Positions 1 to 15,754 of a stretch of 64,000 nucleotides of DNA are shown piece by piece (within the stretch, counting starts at the first letter, position 1; each line of letters begins with the position of its first letter). The notes under the pieces were generated by a model. The model did not search any database. It saw nothing but the letters and a program-made list of their open reading frames with translations, and was not told where the DNA came from. The DNA comes from the human T2T-CHM13v2.0 reference genome, Homo sapiens. The stretch lies in NCBI RefSeq assembly GCF_009914755.1, contig NC_060927.1, one strand, 5' to 3'. The position numbers and the translations under genes are program-made.

Positions 1-411
1 TTAGGTGTTTCTATTTCAGGGAGCTGGAGGCTTCCTCAGAGCCCCACGTGTGCAGTTAGTCTTAAAATCCAACCTATAGTTACCCCTTCCTCATTTTAAT
101 GCTAAAAATCATGCCCAGGGGTGGCGATTTAAAATGCTAATGCTACATATGATGTATAAAGAAGTGTGTTGAGCCACTGTGCAAGCACTAGAAAAACCTC
201 TCCTATATGTGCCCTGATGTAACCCTTCCCTATAGAAAGACCCTATAATACTAACCCACATATTGCCCTTGGGGAGCAGCCTATTCCTTTTCCTTTCTTA
301 GTGCCAGCTCCCTTGTGCACGAGCTAATATAATTTTCTCTTTGCTGCTATACCTGCTAGTCTCTTTTGATTTCTATCTTGGGAGATTACAAGAACCCAGG
401 GCATGGGTGAC
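1..411 (+). mobile_element. 3' part of an ERV1-type solo LTR
   Basis: TATA-like CCCTATAA, poly(A)-signal-like AT tract, terminal ...CAAGAACCCAGGGCATGGGTGACA. Subfamily not resolved. Confidence 0.55.
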
Positions 412-1266
412 ATTACCATGTGGATGGTCTCTTGACTGGTGCAGATGGTACAGACCACCTCTCCTTTCTTCACTTGGCTACCTTCTCCTCATCTTCCAAG
501 GTTTTGTTCTTTTAAATTCTCACCCTAAAGTACCCAGATTCCCTCTTTTTCTGGATCAGGACTATTTTTCTAAAAATTTCAAGCCTTCAGCCTCCTCTTC
601 CATCTTTGGAAACTGGCACAGCCTTTGGCTAGTCTCATCATAGCTCCTTACCCTCTTGCTCTTTCTAGACCATTTGGGTAAGGGAGAGGCTTTAGTGAGG
701 GTAAAGGAGGGCAGGAAGGTTTTCTTTTTCGGAATTCTACCCTTTTATCTTTAAAATTTGTACTCTTTCACTGTTTGGCTTGGTCTGCTGCTGCTACTAC
801 TCAACAGGATTCATATATTGTTGATAATCCTCCCAGCTAGCACTAGTGTAATTTTTAGACTTCATGCTAAAAGGCTTTCTGTCTCCTTTGCCCACCTTGA
901 TTTATCTTACACATCTCCTCTGTTAATTTCCCTTGGTGCTGCCATGTGCGGGAACTATGTCCCAATTCTGAGGTTCCCCCTAACCCCCCAGCTTAGAGAG
1001 GCTAAGGCTATTCCCTGTGACTCAGATGCCCCTTTTACTTTCCTATCCAACTTCTGCTCAGCCTTTGCAATTTACCTCTTGGGTCAGCTCCTCAAAACAG
1101 ATATCCCTTCTTCTCCTGCACAAGGTCCTCCTCCCATTGAGGCCAGAGGTCTCCTCCCCTGGGCTGTGCTTACTCTGATGGAACACTTGCCACACTAGAT
1201 CTAAGGGTCATTTTTCATGTTGGTTTTGCCAGTAATGGTGAACTCCCTAAAGGCAGTCTTTTACTA

Positions 1267-1337
1267 TTAGGTTGGTGCAAAAGTAATTGCAGCTTTTGCC
1301 ATTAAAAGTAATGGCAATTACTTTTGCACCAACCTAA
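1267..1337. mobile_element. MADE1 (Hsmar1-derived MITE), internally deleted
   Basis: TTAGGTTGGTGCAAAAGTAATTGC...GCAATTACTTTTGCACCAACCTAA terminal inverted repeats flanked by TA. Confidence 0.92.
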
Positions 1338-2310
1338 TAGCTCTTACTCCAGGCTTCAGTCTGTGTGGGATCCAAATAAACGATATGTAAAATAAATGCT
1401 TATTTTACCCCATCGCACTGGCCAGATGGAAGGGATATCAAGTTGAGGCAGAAAACTCTGGTCCATGATTTGGGGAAGGGGCGGAGCATTGTCTGCGAGG
1501 AGGGGGTCCTGAAGGGAGGAAGGTGGGACGCCTGTGTTCTCAGAGTATTCTCTCTATAGGCAAGAGTTGTAATTTATGGCAGGGGAGTGATGGGCAGGCA
1601 AGGACCACAGAACTCATGCTGGAGAAAGTGAGCAAAAACAAATGGAAAAACTGTCAACCTTTAGGGGGTACTGAGAGATAACTCAGTGATACTTCAGGGC
1701 AATGCCCTCTGTCTTGAAATGTCTAGGTTTGCATTTCTTTGAAAAGGAGCTGAGAAAGGGAGTGGTTCTATTTCCTGCTAACAGCAGCAGATCTGCTGAG
1801 ACACCAGCAGCAAGTGGGTGTCTCCTTCAGCTTAGAGGTGAGAAGATCACACCCAGGGAGCTGCTGTTTGCCCCTCCCCTTCTGCATTAGGGTGGCGACC
1901 TGGATGAGGCGTCCTTGCTTCTGGGTGCAAAGACTCCTAGCTGGAAGTCTAGGAAAAATTACCTAGGAAAAAAGACTTCAATTATAACTGATAAATTAGA
2001 GAAAGTTGACGTTTAAGGATTAGCGTCATAGATGACTTCAGGGCATTAAAATTTGGAGCACTAAAAACATCACTTGCCCCAGGGAAGAAATTAAGAACGG
2101 GCAAGAAGAGAGAGCTGGGGTCATAGTGGACATCAAATGGTGATGAAATTAAAGCGCTTGCTATTAGCAATGTGGCTGTCAATAGGGAAAGTGGGGCAGG
2201 CCTTGGAATGATGAGGAAGTGGCTGAAATGGTCACAGATCCTGGGAGGAAAGATAAGGAACTGTTTACAGAAAATCCATAATCATCTTCAAGGGTTAAGA
2301 AGGAGTATAA

Positions 2311-2450
2311 GGCCAGGAGCGGTGGCTAATGCCTGTAATCCCAGCACTTTGGGAGGCTGAGGGGGCAGATTGCTTGAGCCCAGGAGTTCAAGACCAGCCT
2401 GGGCAACATAGTGAGACCTCATCTCTATTAATAATTTTTTTAAAAAAGAA
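2311..2450 (+). mobile_element. FLAM / Alu left monomer
   Basis: GGCCAGGAGCGGTGGCT...GAGACCTCATCTCTA with no right arm. Confidence 0.8.
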
Positions 2451-2559
2451 AACACATTTTTAAAAAGGAAAGAGTATAAAGAGATTTTATATAATTGTTC
2501 CCCGTCTTTAGAGGGGAATCAACTTTTGTGTGTTTTCAACAAATGTGTGTTTTTGTATG

Positions 2560-3360
<801 letters not shown>

Positions 3361-3883
3361 ATAGATGGTTTTCTCAATTTGTTTCTTTATTGAAAAGAAA
3401 ATACATATTCATAATAAAAAATTCCAAGACTACAAAAATAATCCAGGCTGAAAATTAATCCTCCTCCCATCCCTGTCCCCAGCCACCCTGTGCTCTTGCC
3501 AGGGGCACCCTCTGAAACCAGTTTCTTGGTTGTCTGGCCATAGATTCTATGTGTGAACATTTGAGGAGATAGTTGGCGCTCAGTTAGTGTGTCACTTTTT
3601 AAATTTTTGCCTCCTTCATTCAGAAAAAGAACTTTTTATGGCTCCACCATGACTCTCTGAGGTTGCTGGGCACAGCCTGAGATTAAGTCCTGCAGTAAAC
3701 AGAACACCTTCCTTCTGCAGGCACCAATTTGGTGGTTTCTGCCTTGGAGAATCTGGTGGAAATGTTGGGAAGCCCAGAGAGATCCTGCCGAGCGACACCC
3801 AGAAGTGTGAGGCCATAAGCCGCCTCCGCCATACTTCACATCATTACCCACTGGCTCTGTTCGGGGCTCTCCCAGCTCAGGAG

Positions 3884-4347
3884 TGTTGAGGGTTAAATTG
3901 TACTCCCCCCAAAAATATATTCAAGTCCTAGCCCCTGGTACCTGTGAATGTGACTTTAGACATAGAGTCTTTCCAGATACAATTAAGTTAAATGAGGTCA
4001 CACTGGATTAGCATGGCCCTACATCTGATGACTGGTGTCCTTATAAAGACGCATGTGAAGACACAGAAACACAGGCACACAGGGAGGACACCATGTGACA
4101 ACAGAGGCAGAGACTGGAGTGACGTGTCTGCCAGCAAAGAAAAGGCAAGGGTTGCCAACATCCACCAGACGCTAGGAGAGAGGTGCGGAACAGATCGTCT
4201 CTCCCTCAGAGCTCCAAGAAGGAACCAATCCTGCAGATATCTTGATTTCAGACTTCCCGCCTCCAGGACTGTGAGAGAATAAAGTTCTGTTGTGTTAAGC
4301 CTACAGTTTGTGGTACTGTGTCATGACAGCTGTAGGAAACCAATACA
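3884..4347 (+). mobile_element. MLT1-family MaLR LTR
   Basis: TG...GTACCTGTGAATGTGAC...CCAGGACTGTGAGAGAATAAA...GGAAACCAATACA. Confidence 0.85.
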
Positions 4348-4399
4348 GGTGGTCTCAAAAGCCGCTCCAGTGCTCATCTCTGAGTACCTGAAGGAGGGT

Positions 4400-4810
4400 T
4401 CCTTCCTGCAGCAGGGGCTACCCTGCCCAGATTCCTGACCTCCATTTTAGCAGCTAGAGCTGCTGCCAAAGGCTCATACCAGGGACCTTCTCTGGAGGCT
4501 TGCTTTCTGGAGGATAGAGCACTGCCCCACTGGTGCCTGGGAGGTATGCCTCCTCTGCCCATAACCAATGACATTCTAGCCCTCTGGCCTAGAGAAAGAC
4601 AGACTGGGTGCTGTCTATAGCCCAGAGCTCTCTGAGGCATCCAGCTGAGCCTTGACATCAGCTGGCCCCAGATCCTTGCTTAACTTCTTCCCCTGCCCCA
4701 TCCTGCTTCCCTCCCTCCCTCCGGAGTTTCTCCTGAGAGCATCCCTGATCCCAAATCACCTGCACCTGAACCCTGTCTCAGCTTCTGCTTCTAAGGAGCC
4801 TGATAAGACA
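4400..4810 (+). mobile_element. LTR16-family ERVL LTR
   Basis: TTCCCCTGCCCCATCCTGCTTCCC...CTCAGCTTCTGCTTCT...TAAGACA end. Confidence 0.6.
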
Positions 4811-5815
4811 TTTTCCAGGGCCCCACTCCTCTGTTCTTGGGTTTAGGGTTGTCCTGAAGTGCTGTGGTGTGGAATGTCCATGTGGTGAATTTAGACCAGG
4901 ATTGAGTGGATCCCTGAGGGCGTCAATGTTGTTGGGTGATCTGTAAGGGGCAGACACTAATGAAGTCCTTGTGAAGGCTGGTGGAGGGAACAGCTGGCAG
5001 TCCCTGGTGTGGGTGATAGTAGGATCTTCCCCAGTGGAACCCTGAAAATCACAGAAGGTGACTGAGCACCAATAACATTCCTGTGGCCATTTGTCAGACT
5101 CACCCACCAGCTCATTCTGGAGGACAGCTTCTTGGCTCCTTCTCCAAGGCTCTGAAGTCTCTCCTTTCTCAATCTCCTTCTTCCTCTCTCTTGCCTGCCC
5201 CTCATATATTAATTCATTCAACAAATATTTATTGAGTATCAGCTTTGCATCAGGCACTATTCTGGATGCTGGGGACAGAGCAGTGGATAAAAAAGACCAA
5301 GTCTGTGGTCTCATGGAGCTCAGAGTCAGATGGGGAGACAGAAACACACACAGATGTGTCAGATCAGGTCCAACCCTGGGAAGTCTCCTTAGAGGCAACG
5401 AAAGCATTTCCTTTGCCTGCCTTTGTCAAGATGTTGCAAGTCCTTTCTCCTACGGATTTAAACTATAGTCTAATTATAATAATAGTATTTGTGAATATTA
5501 TTATAGCAGCCAGCCTTCTAGGATATTTCTTTTCTGTCCTGTCCATGTTACCTGCTCATATGGGGAGAGAAGAAGGAGAAAATACAGGAAGAAAGAAGCA
5601 TACATTAATAATTCAAAATATTAACCTATATTTTGCTTGTTAAATCATATCATTAGGTGTCAGCTCATAGATCCCATTAGAAAGGGGAGAGGTGAGGGAA
5701 TATTTCTGGAACATTCTATCACTATCTTTAGGGTTTGGGGAAGGGTATAGGAAGACCTTGTGTGTGACTTTGGGCGAGTCCCTTAACCTCTCTGGGCCTT
5801 ATTCTGGAAAAGGAT

Positions 5816-5942
5816 GTGTGTCACGGGGGGTTGTTATACAGATTATTTCATCACCCAGGTATTAAGCCTAGTACCCATTAGTTATTTTTCTTGATTCTCT
5901 CCCTCTTCCCACCTTTCTCCCTCCTATAGGCCCCAGTGTGTG
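5816..5942 (-). mobile_element. Short L1PA/L1PB 3'-UTR fragment
   Basis: GATTATTTCATCACCCAGGTATTAAGCCTAGTACCCATTAG; no poly(A) seen. Confidence 0.8.
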
Positions 5943-6472
5943 GGATTCTGATATTACTTTGAGGGTTTATTTATTTTCCTTGGTTTTCTAGGAATAGATT
6001 TCTCAACAAAGCAAGTGCTCACATAAGCTGCTGAAGTCTTAAATGGAGAGCAGAGATAGCTGGAGTCCTGTGGGTACTTTAAGGGAGTTTCAGGTATGTC
6101 CTCCAGTTCTCAGCTCTCTCGTAACTGCCCAGCTGCTAGGAGATTTTATGAGTCAAGGGATGAGGGCAGGTGGGGTGCGATGGGTTCCCAGAGTGGTTGG
6201 GGGTAGAGGAGCAGGAGATCTTAATGTATTTCTGATGGGGACAGTGAGCAGGTCCCTATGTTTTCTGCCTCTGAGTTTTCCAGAGAAGATCATCCTCATA
6301 TCTTGTACTCAAGGAATAGGCAAATGTAGCAATTCTTGCTTCCCTGATTTTTGGCTGGATTGATCATCTATGTGTCAAGTTAATCATGGGAGAGCGGGTT
6401 TTATTTTCTCTCAAACATTGGGCAGGATTATGTGAAAATGTGTGGGTTTTCTTTAGCCCTCATAGTATTTTA

Positions 6473-7704
<1,232 letters not shown>

Positions 7705-7859
7705 TAGCCCTCAGAGTATTTTAAATAACACTTTGAATTGGTTGCCAGTTAATATCAGGAGATTTCACTTTTAACATTCCTATTTTCAGATGTTAAGAGA
7801 TTCAGAGACACAGGTGCTGAGACTCCCAAAGGCAGTGTCCCAGAGATGTGTTGCTGCTG

Positions 7860-8097
7860 CCGTCTTATAATTCAAGACTACAACATCAACTCTTCCTTGG
7901 ATCTTCAGCCTGCCAGCCTCTCTGCAGATTTTGAACTTGCCATTTCCCATAATCTCATGAGCCAACTCCTTAAAGTCTCTCTGTCTCTCTCTTACACACA
8001 GACACAACACCACTACGACCACCACCACCACCACCACCACCACCACCACCAGTAGGTATATGTCCTATTGGTTCTTTGGAGAACTCTGACTAATGCA
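7860..8097 (+). mobile_element. MLT2 LTR 3' portion containing a (CAC)n microsatellite (8008-8050)
   Basis: CTGCAGATTTTGAACTTGCC...ATGAGCCAA...CCTATTGGTTCT...CTGACTAAT. Confidence 0.75.
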
Positions 8098-8869
8098 GGT
8101 TCTAAGCTAAAGCATGTTTTTGCATAACATAATTTACCTCATTTAATGCTCACAACATTCCTTCAGAAGTAGGTGTTGTTGGCTCTGCTGTGCATTTGCT
8201 TTTGAGAATGCTAAAGGGACAGAGAGAGATATTAAGAGATTTTTCTAAAGTGGGAAAAACAGATACCTAAAGGCAGGTGTATCTGGATGGAGAGTCAGCA
8301 CATTGAGTCAGAAGATGAAATAAGACCAAGGTGTGAATAGGAAAAGTGGGCTTCTTCAACTCTTTCGGGTCCTTCTGTTCTCTGTCTGGCTATTTTTCTT
8401 GATCCCTCTTCAAGTGACAGTCACCAGAGACCTTCAGGGAGCCAAGCTGAATTAGGTATGAGAATGTGTCAGGCAGGCAAAGCCTCTCTAGTGGGTGGAG
8501 GTGTGTGCAATTTAGACAAAGTTACTTCCAGTAAGAGATGTTTAGGGAAGTCCTAGTCTCTAAAATAACTATCTCAGGGTGAGATTCTGTTCCATGTTCT
8601 TCATTGCCCAATACTTTAGGTTGCAAGTGATAAAAACTTGCAACAAACAAAAAAGCATCCTTCATCAAATTGAAGTAAGTAAAAAAGGGACTTTACTGGC
8701 TTACATAATGAACAGGCCAAAGCCTGGGTGTGTTGGGATCCAGGTCCTTGAGCTAGGTCACTGGGATTGCTTTCACCATCTTTCACCATCTTTTGGTTCT
8801 GCTTTTGTCTCTAATGGTAGCAAGATATTTATGAGATTATATTTTTATCTCACCAGTTGAGGAACTCCA

Positions 8870-8871
<2 letters not shown>

Positions 8872-8904
<33 letters not shown>
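8872..8904. repeat. (GA)n microsatellite
   Basis: Direct reading. Confidence 0.9.
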
Positions 8905-9300
8905 CTGCTTCCCAACAGCTCCCACAAATGTCCTGAAATTGAAATTGACTCTCTTTGGGCCATCTCAGTACATGTGCTTACCCATGACCAATCTCTGTGG
9001 TCAGAAGTGTGAAATATGATAAGCTTCCCACTGGGGTCCACTCAAGCTCTGGACAGCTTAGAGCATATCAAAGTCCCTGATTTTAACATAAAAGAATTCA
9101 TAAAGGAAGCAATTAGCAGATTTGTCTAACTGAAAATTAAGAGCATTTGAATATCAACATCCATCATAAATAACACGAAAGAGAAAACAGAAAACTGGAC
9201 AAAAATATTTGTCACCAGTAGTTTTATAATAGTCTTTATATAAAAATGGCACACACCTTGGTTTAAAAAATATTGACTCTATGACTTAGAAAAATGTTCA

Positions 9301-9775
9301 TGCATGCGTATGTTCATTGCAGCACTATTCACAATAGCAAAGTCATGAAGTCTACCTAAATGCCCACCAATGATAGACTGGATAAAGAAAATGTGGTATC
9401 TAGACAACATGGAATACTATGCAACCATAAAAATGAATGAGATCGTGCCCTGTGCAGGGACATGGATGGAGCTGGAGGCCATTATCCTCAGCAAACTAAC
9501 ACAGGAACAAAAAACCAAATACCATGTGTTCTCACTTATAAGTGGGAGCTAAATGATGAGAACACATGGATACATAGAGGGGAACAATACACACTGAGGC
9601 CTATTGGAGGATGGAGGGTGGGAGGAGGAAAAGGAACAGGAAAAATAACTAATGGATACTAGGCTTAATACCTAGGTGATAAAAAAATTTGTACAACAAA
9701 TCCCCATGGCACACATTTACCTATGTGACAAGCCTGCAATGTACCCCATAACTTAAAATAAAAGTTTAAAGAAAG
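9301..9775 (+). mobile_element. L1PA/L1PB 3' end
   Basis: ATGTTCATTGCAGCACTATTCAC...CTTAAAATAAAAG. Short TSD AGAAAAATG. Confidence 0.88.
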
Positions 9776-10462
9776 AGAAAAATGAACAATTGGCAGCACC
9801 ACTTATATATCCCACAGGTACTTCAAAATCAGCTTGCAAAGTAGACCCCCTTATTTATATCAGGTAGAATTCTCTCAGAAGTAAGTAACAGAAAATCTGA
9901 CTCATACCAGCTCTAATCATAAAAACCAGAGGTATATTGGCCTCAGATATAGTTTGATCAGAATTCTAGTTCAATTTCTCTGAAATTTCCTCTTTCTTCC
10001 TTTCTCCCCACATTCAACCTCCTCCTGAGGCTGACTGCTCTCATGGAGATGAAAAGGCTGCAGCAACTTCAGATTTCATGGACTCAACACCACACTGTCC
10101 AGAATGTGTGTCCCAAAATTCCAATCAAAACACTGATTGGGTTATCCTTGAAGCCACACATAGACAGAAAAATGCCATAGGCTGATTGGCTTAGACCTCG
10201 TTCTTTAACTACTCTCTTTGTAAAGAGAAATTATTCTAAGTCCGTCAGAATCTACCCTAGGAGCTGGGAGGGGTCAAACCTGCCAAACTTCATGGCTACT
10301 GTAAGATGAGATGGGGGAAGAATCATTGCTGGGGAAATAGTCGCAGAGTCCATGATATCACTGTTGTTTCCAAAAATGCCTCTCCTTGCATGTTCCCCAT
10401 CTTTCAGCATTGCAGCCAGAAATTTTTCTAAATCTTGCATAATTCTTGCTTAATATCTTTTT

Positions 10463-10704
10463 AAATTTAACTTTTAAGTTCAGGGGTACATGTGCAGGTT
10501 TGTTACATAGGTAAACTTGTGTCATGCGGGTTTGCTGTACAGGTTATTTCATCACCCAAGTATTAAGCCTAGTACCCATTAGTTATTTTTCCTGATCCTC
10601 TCCCTCCTCCCACCATCCATCCTCTGACAGGCCCCAGCATGTATTGTTACCCTCTATGTGTCCATGTGTTCTCATCATTTAGTTCTCATTTATAAGTGAA
10701 AACA
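10463..10704 (-). mobile_element. L1PA/L1PB 3' end
   Basis: Reverse-complement L1 3' UTR. TSD TGCTTAAT(A/C)TCTTTT on both sides. Confidence 0.85.
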
Positions 10705-12091
10705 TGCTTAATCTCTTTTAATGGTCCCACTCTACATGCACGATGAAGTCCAAATACTTCACTATGACTTACAAAGTCCTCCAAGAACTGGCTGTTAAGA
10801 TCCAAGACTTTTCTTTCGAGTCTGTCTAGGCTCATCCCTTTTGTCCTGACCTTTCCCACCTCCTATCATCCAGGCACACTAATGTTCTTTTCTTCTTTCT
10901 TTTCTCTTTCTTCCAGAACTTTATACATACTGTTTCTTTTGCTGGGAACCCTCTTCTGCTACATCTTCACCTACGCTAGTTTCTCCTTAATTCTTAATTC
11001 CTGGGTTAAGTGTGTCTTCCCCTGGAAAGACTATCCTGACCTCTCTCTACTCTAAGGCTAGGTGAAGGGTCTCTGTATTCTCATGTGTCCTCTCTCTCTG
11101 CCCCCTACCTTGTCAGCTCTGTTATGACAGAAATGAGTTTATTTTGTTCAATGCTGTTTCTCTGGTGTCTTCCCCTACTCCATCACACACACAGTGTGTC
11201 CAGTAAATATATGTTGAATAAATAAGTGAAATAACAGAGGAAGTATAATCATTGAGAAACCTATGTAGAATATTTATCTCTGGGAAGTGAAATAAAGCTA
11301 ATTTTCAAATAGCTTTCCATAAAGTTCCAAATTTTCTTCAACAAGCCTTTATTATTTATATAACAAACACAGTGCAGAAGAAGGCAAGTTCTCCCTAATG
11401 TCAACTGGAGATTTGATTCCCAGTAACCTCCCCCATTGATCCTGGCTCTAACCCTGGGTGTTTGTGCCTTTTGGCCTGTCTTAAATTCTGTCTTCCCCAT
11501 TTTCTAATTCTCTATTTAGCTGCATTTATTCTACTGCTAAGTCTGTCTTTTGAGTTTTTAGTTCTATCACAATTTTTATTTCTAGGAGTTACATTTGTTT
11601 TTTCCTGAAGCTGTTTCCCTTTAACTAATATTTTCAAGCTTCTCTGTTACTTATTGGAACATATTAAATATTGTATTATCTTCTATTTCTTTTATTTCCA
11701 ATATCTGAATTTATTTAGGACTAATTCTGTCAGTTTTTTTCCCTGCTAGCCTTTACTTATGGTGCCTTTTCTCCTTGTATGTTTTATTTATTTATTTTTA
11801 ACTTTCAATACCTTGGACATTTGTGGATATTCTTTCAGAATTGGGATAGGGGAGTTTCCTCCAGAGATTTGGATTTACCTTTTTCTGGTACTAGGGTTAC
11901 TATCTGTTCCAGGACCACCTTAAGTTATTAGGTGAGCTTTTCTGACCACTGGGAAAGAGTGAATTGAGGCTTCAAATTCATGTGAGGGAATGGCTCATGG
12001 TTACAATTGCCAGGGGAGATATTTCCTGCTTCTGTTCAGGACAAAGGATCAAGACCTTCACTTCCCTGGGTTGGGATGTAGGCAGTTCATT

Positions 12092-12244
12092 GTTATCCGT
12101 AGCAAACTAACGCAGGAACAGAAAACCAAATACCACATGTTCTCACTTATAACTAGGAGCTAAACATTGAGCACACATGGACACAAAGAAGGGAACAACA
12201 GACAGTGGGGCCTACTTGAGGGTGGCGGGTGGGAGAAGGGTGAG
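12092..12244 (+). mobile_element. Internal L1 3'-UTR fragment lacking poly(A)
   Basis: AGCAAACTAACGCAGGAACAGAAAACCAAATACC...GGGAGAAGGGTGAG. Confidence 0.85.
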
Positions 12245-12410
12245 TTCGTTGTTTAGTTCATTGTTACGCTATGGAGGCAGTTCATTGTTAGTGCATTGTT
12301 ACACTATGGATGCAGTCCTTTGGGGTTCCAGCTTTGGAGCATTATCCTCTTTGACTCTCTGCCTTGAGTAAGCCATGAGCTTTTTCTGTCTCTTTAGCTC
12401 CTTGAAGTAG

Positions 12411-12919
<509 letters not shown>

Positions 12920-13121
12920 TGAGAGAAGTGAGCTACAAACACAGAATGGGGTATTTCCATTGTATTGTTGGATTAAAATCAGTATCAATATGGACTCATA
13001 ATTTAAAAAAAAAGATAAGCGTGTGTGTATCCTAACTCTATCCATAGAAAGAGATTAGAAATAATGACATCCAGTAACAAGTAGGATGCTTATTCCAGAT
13101 GTTAGTGTTCTTTTTTGCTTC

Positions 13122-13421
13122 CAACTTTCTTTTAGGTTCAGAGGATACATGTGCTGCATTTGTTACATGGGTAAATTGTATGTCACTGGGGTTTGGTGTA
13201 CAAATGATTTCATCACCCAGGTAGTGAGCATAGTACCCAATAGGTAGTTTTTCGATCTTCACCCTCCTCCCACCCTTGGCCCTCAAGTAAGCCCCAGTGT
13301 CTGTTGTTCCCCTTTTTGTGTCCATCTGTGCTCAATGTTTAGCTCCCACTTATAAGCAAGAACATGCAGTATTTGGTTTTTCTGTTTCTGCATTGGTTTG
13401 CTAAGGATAATGGCCTCCAGC
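13122..13421 (-). mobile_element. L1PA/L1PB 3' end
   Basis: Reverse-complement L1 3' UTR (GATTTCATCACCCAGGTAGTGAGC). Confidence 0.85.
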
Positions 13422-13479
13422 CATTATCAGTTGGGATGGCCCATTAAAGTTGTTCCAAGTTGGGGTGAGGGACTCAGGT

Positions 13480-13679
13480 CTTTTTATTTCCCATCCACTC
13501 CCCCATATTGTCTAGAATGATGCCTGGGCATCATTGGAGAAGGCAGTTCCTTCCTATGGAGGATAATTCCTGGGGACAGCCTTGGCTGAGAGCCCTCAGC
13601 AGATGACACTCTGAGCAGCTGGGGAGTGAGTGCCCTGGTCTGAAGGAGAATCGGGAAAGCAATCACAGCATCCACTACA
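13480..13679 (-). mobile_element. LTR33/LTR16-type ERVL LTR fragment
   Basis: Minus strand starts TGTAGTGGATGCTGTG. Confidence 0.6.
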
Positions 13680-13689
13680 AAGCCAGATA

Positions 13690-14890
13690 ATAAATAATAA
13701 ATATAGAAGGAATGATATAATTAGAAAAACACAATTTTTCCAATTCCAATCTAATAATGGATCCAAGCAAGGACCACCAATGATGCTAAGATCATTAGGT
13801 GAAAGGTTTCATGGGAACAAAGTATTCATATGGTCTCAAAATTTGTCCTCAATTTTATTTATTTATTATTTATTTTAATAAGGTATAGTTGACAAATAAT
13901 TGTATATATTTATGGTTTGCAATGTGATGTTTTGGTATGTACATATACATTGTGAAATAGTTAAGGCAAGTGAATTAACATATTCATCATTTCACATACT
14001 TATTATCTGGCTGTGAGAACATTTAAGATCTACTCTTTTAGCAATTTTCAAGTATATAATACATTATTATCAAGTATAGTTAGTATGCTGTACAATCTCC
14101 TCACTGTTCAATTACTTTAGTTACTTTTTAATTACAAAGGGGAAAAGTGCCTTTACAGTGGAGAGATCTGACAGATACCATCTTAACCAAGAGATGAAAC
14201 TTAACCTTACCAATAATGTGACAAATTAACTTCATATACCTCCTGATATATGCTCCATGTTGCATTTTTGCCTAATATTTTAACCTGATCTAATACTGAG
14301 AAAACAATCAGACAAACCTAATACATATATGGGATATTCTACAAGATAGTGTGGCCTGGATTTATCAAAAATATAAATGTCTTAAAGAGAAAAAAGACAC
14401 AGACCTACCTAACTCTTCATAGACAAAGTTTGCCTCACTTCTGCCTTAAAGATGACTAAAGAGACATGACGATCAATTGTCAATGCAATGTTGAATCTTG
14501 ATTGGATCCTAGATTTTTTAAAAAGCTATAGGGGAAAATTTGGGTATCATTGGATTGTACATTAAGTGATATTACTGAATCAATGTTACATTTCTTGGGT
14601 GTGATAATAATATTGTGGTTATGTGGCAGGAGTCATTATCCTTAGGACACATATGCTAATGTAATTAGGAGTAATATATCTGTCACTTACTCTCTGATAG
14701 TTTAGTCAAAGAAAAATCTCTTTCTGTCTCTTTTTCTTACTCTTTCTTTCTCCTCTCACACAGAGAGATCAAACACAGGTGGCAGAATGGTAAAGTTGCA
14801 GAATCCAGATAAAGGTTATATGGTGTTTGTTGTAGTGCTCATTTAACTTCTTAGCTTTACCATTTTTAAAATAAAAAGTTGGGGAAAACG
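13690..14890 (+). mobile_element. Old L1M (L1MC-like) 3' region with a nested minus-strand L1MA fragment (~13860-14100)
   Basis: CCTTTACAGTGGAGAGATCTGAC, AATCAATGTTACATTTCTTG, AAAATAAAAAGTT motifs. Confidence 0.65.
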
Positions 14891-15230
14891 GTAAAAGAAA
14901 CTTTCTTAATTTTAATTCTTAATCTAGTTAAATATTCCAGCAGTCAGTTTTCAGCCTCTTTAAAGTGGTTTGTTTAATTTTTTCCAAATGTGAAAGTCGA
15001 TCTTTCTATTCCCATAGATAGAACAATAGTTCTTGTTCGAGAGGGAGAGAGCTGGGTGCTTTCAGCCTATGTGAGGCGTCGGCAACACCAAGCAGGCTGA
15101 AAGGGAAGGCTGCCATGATGTAAAAACACTCAGTAATACCCAGTGAAGATGAATTCTGTACCTTTCAGTTCCTAATTTTTAGTTTTGAATCTCAAGGAAC
15201 GGACATTTCCAAATTAAAAACAGCTTCGTG

Positions 15231-15754
<524 letters not shown>

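Noticed and set aside
4778-5407. 209-aa minus-strand ORF
   Set aside because: Runs through L2- and LTR16-derived sequence; no recognisable domain.
7786-8055. Poly-Val and poly-His ORFs
   Set aside because: Translation of a (CAC)n microsatellite inside an MLT2 LTR.
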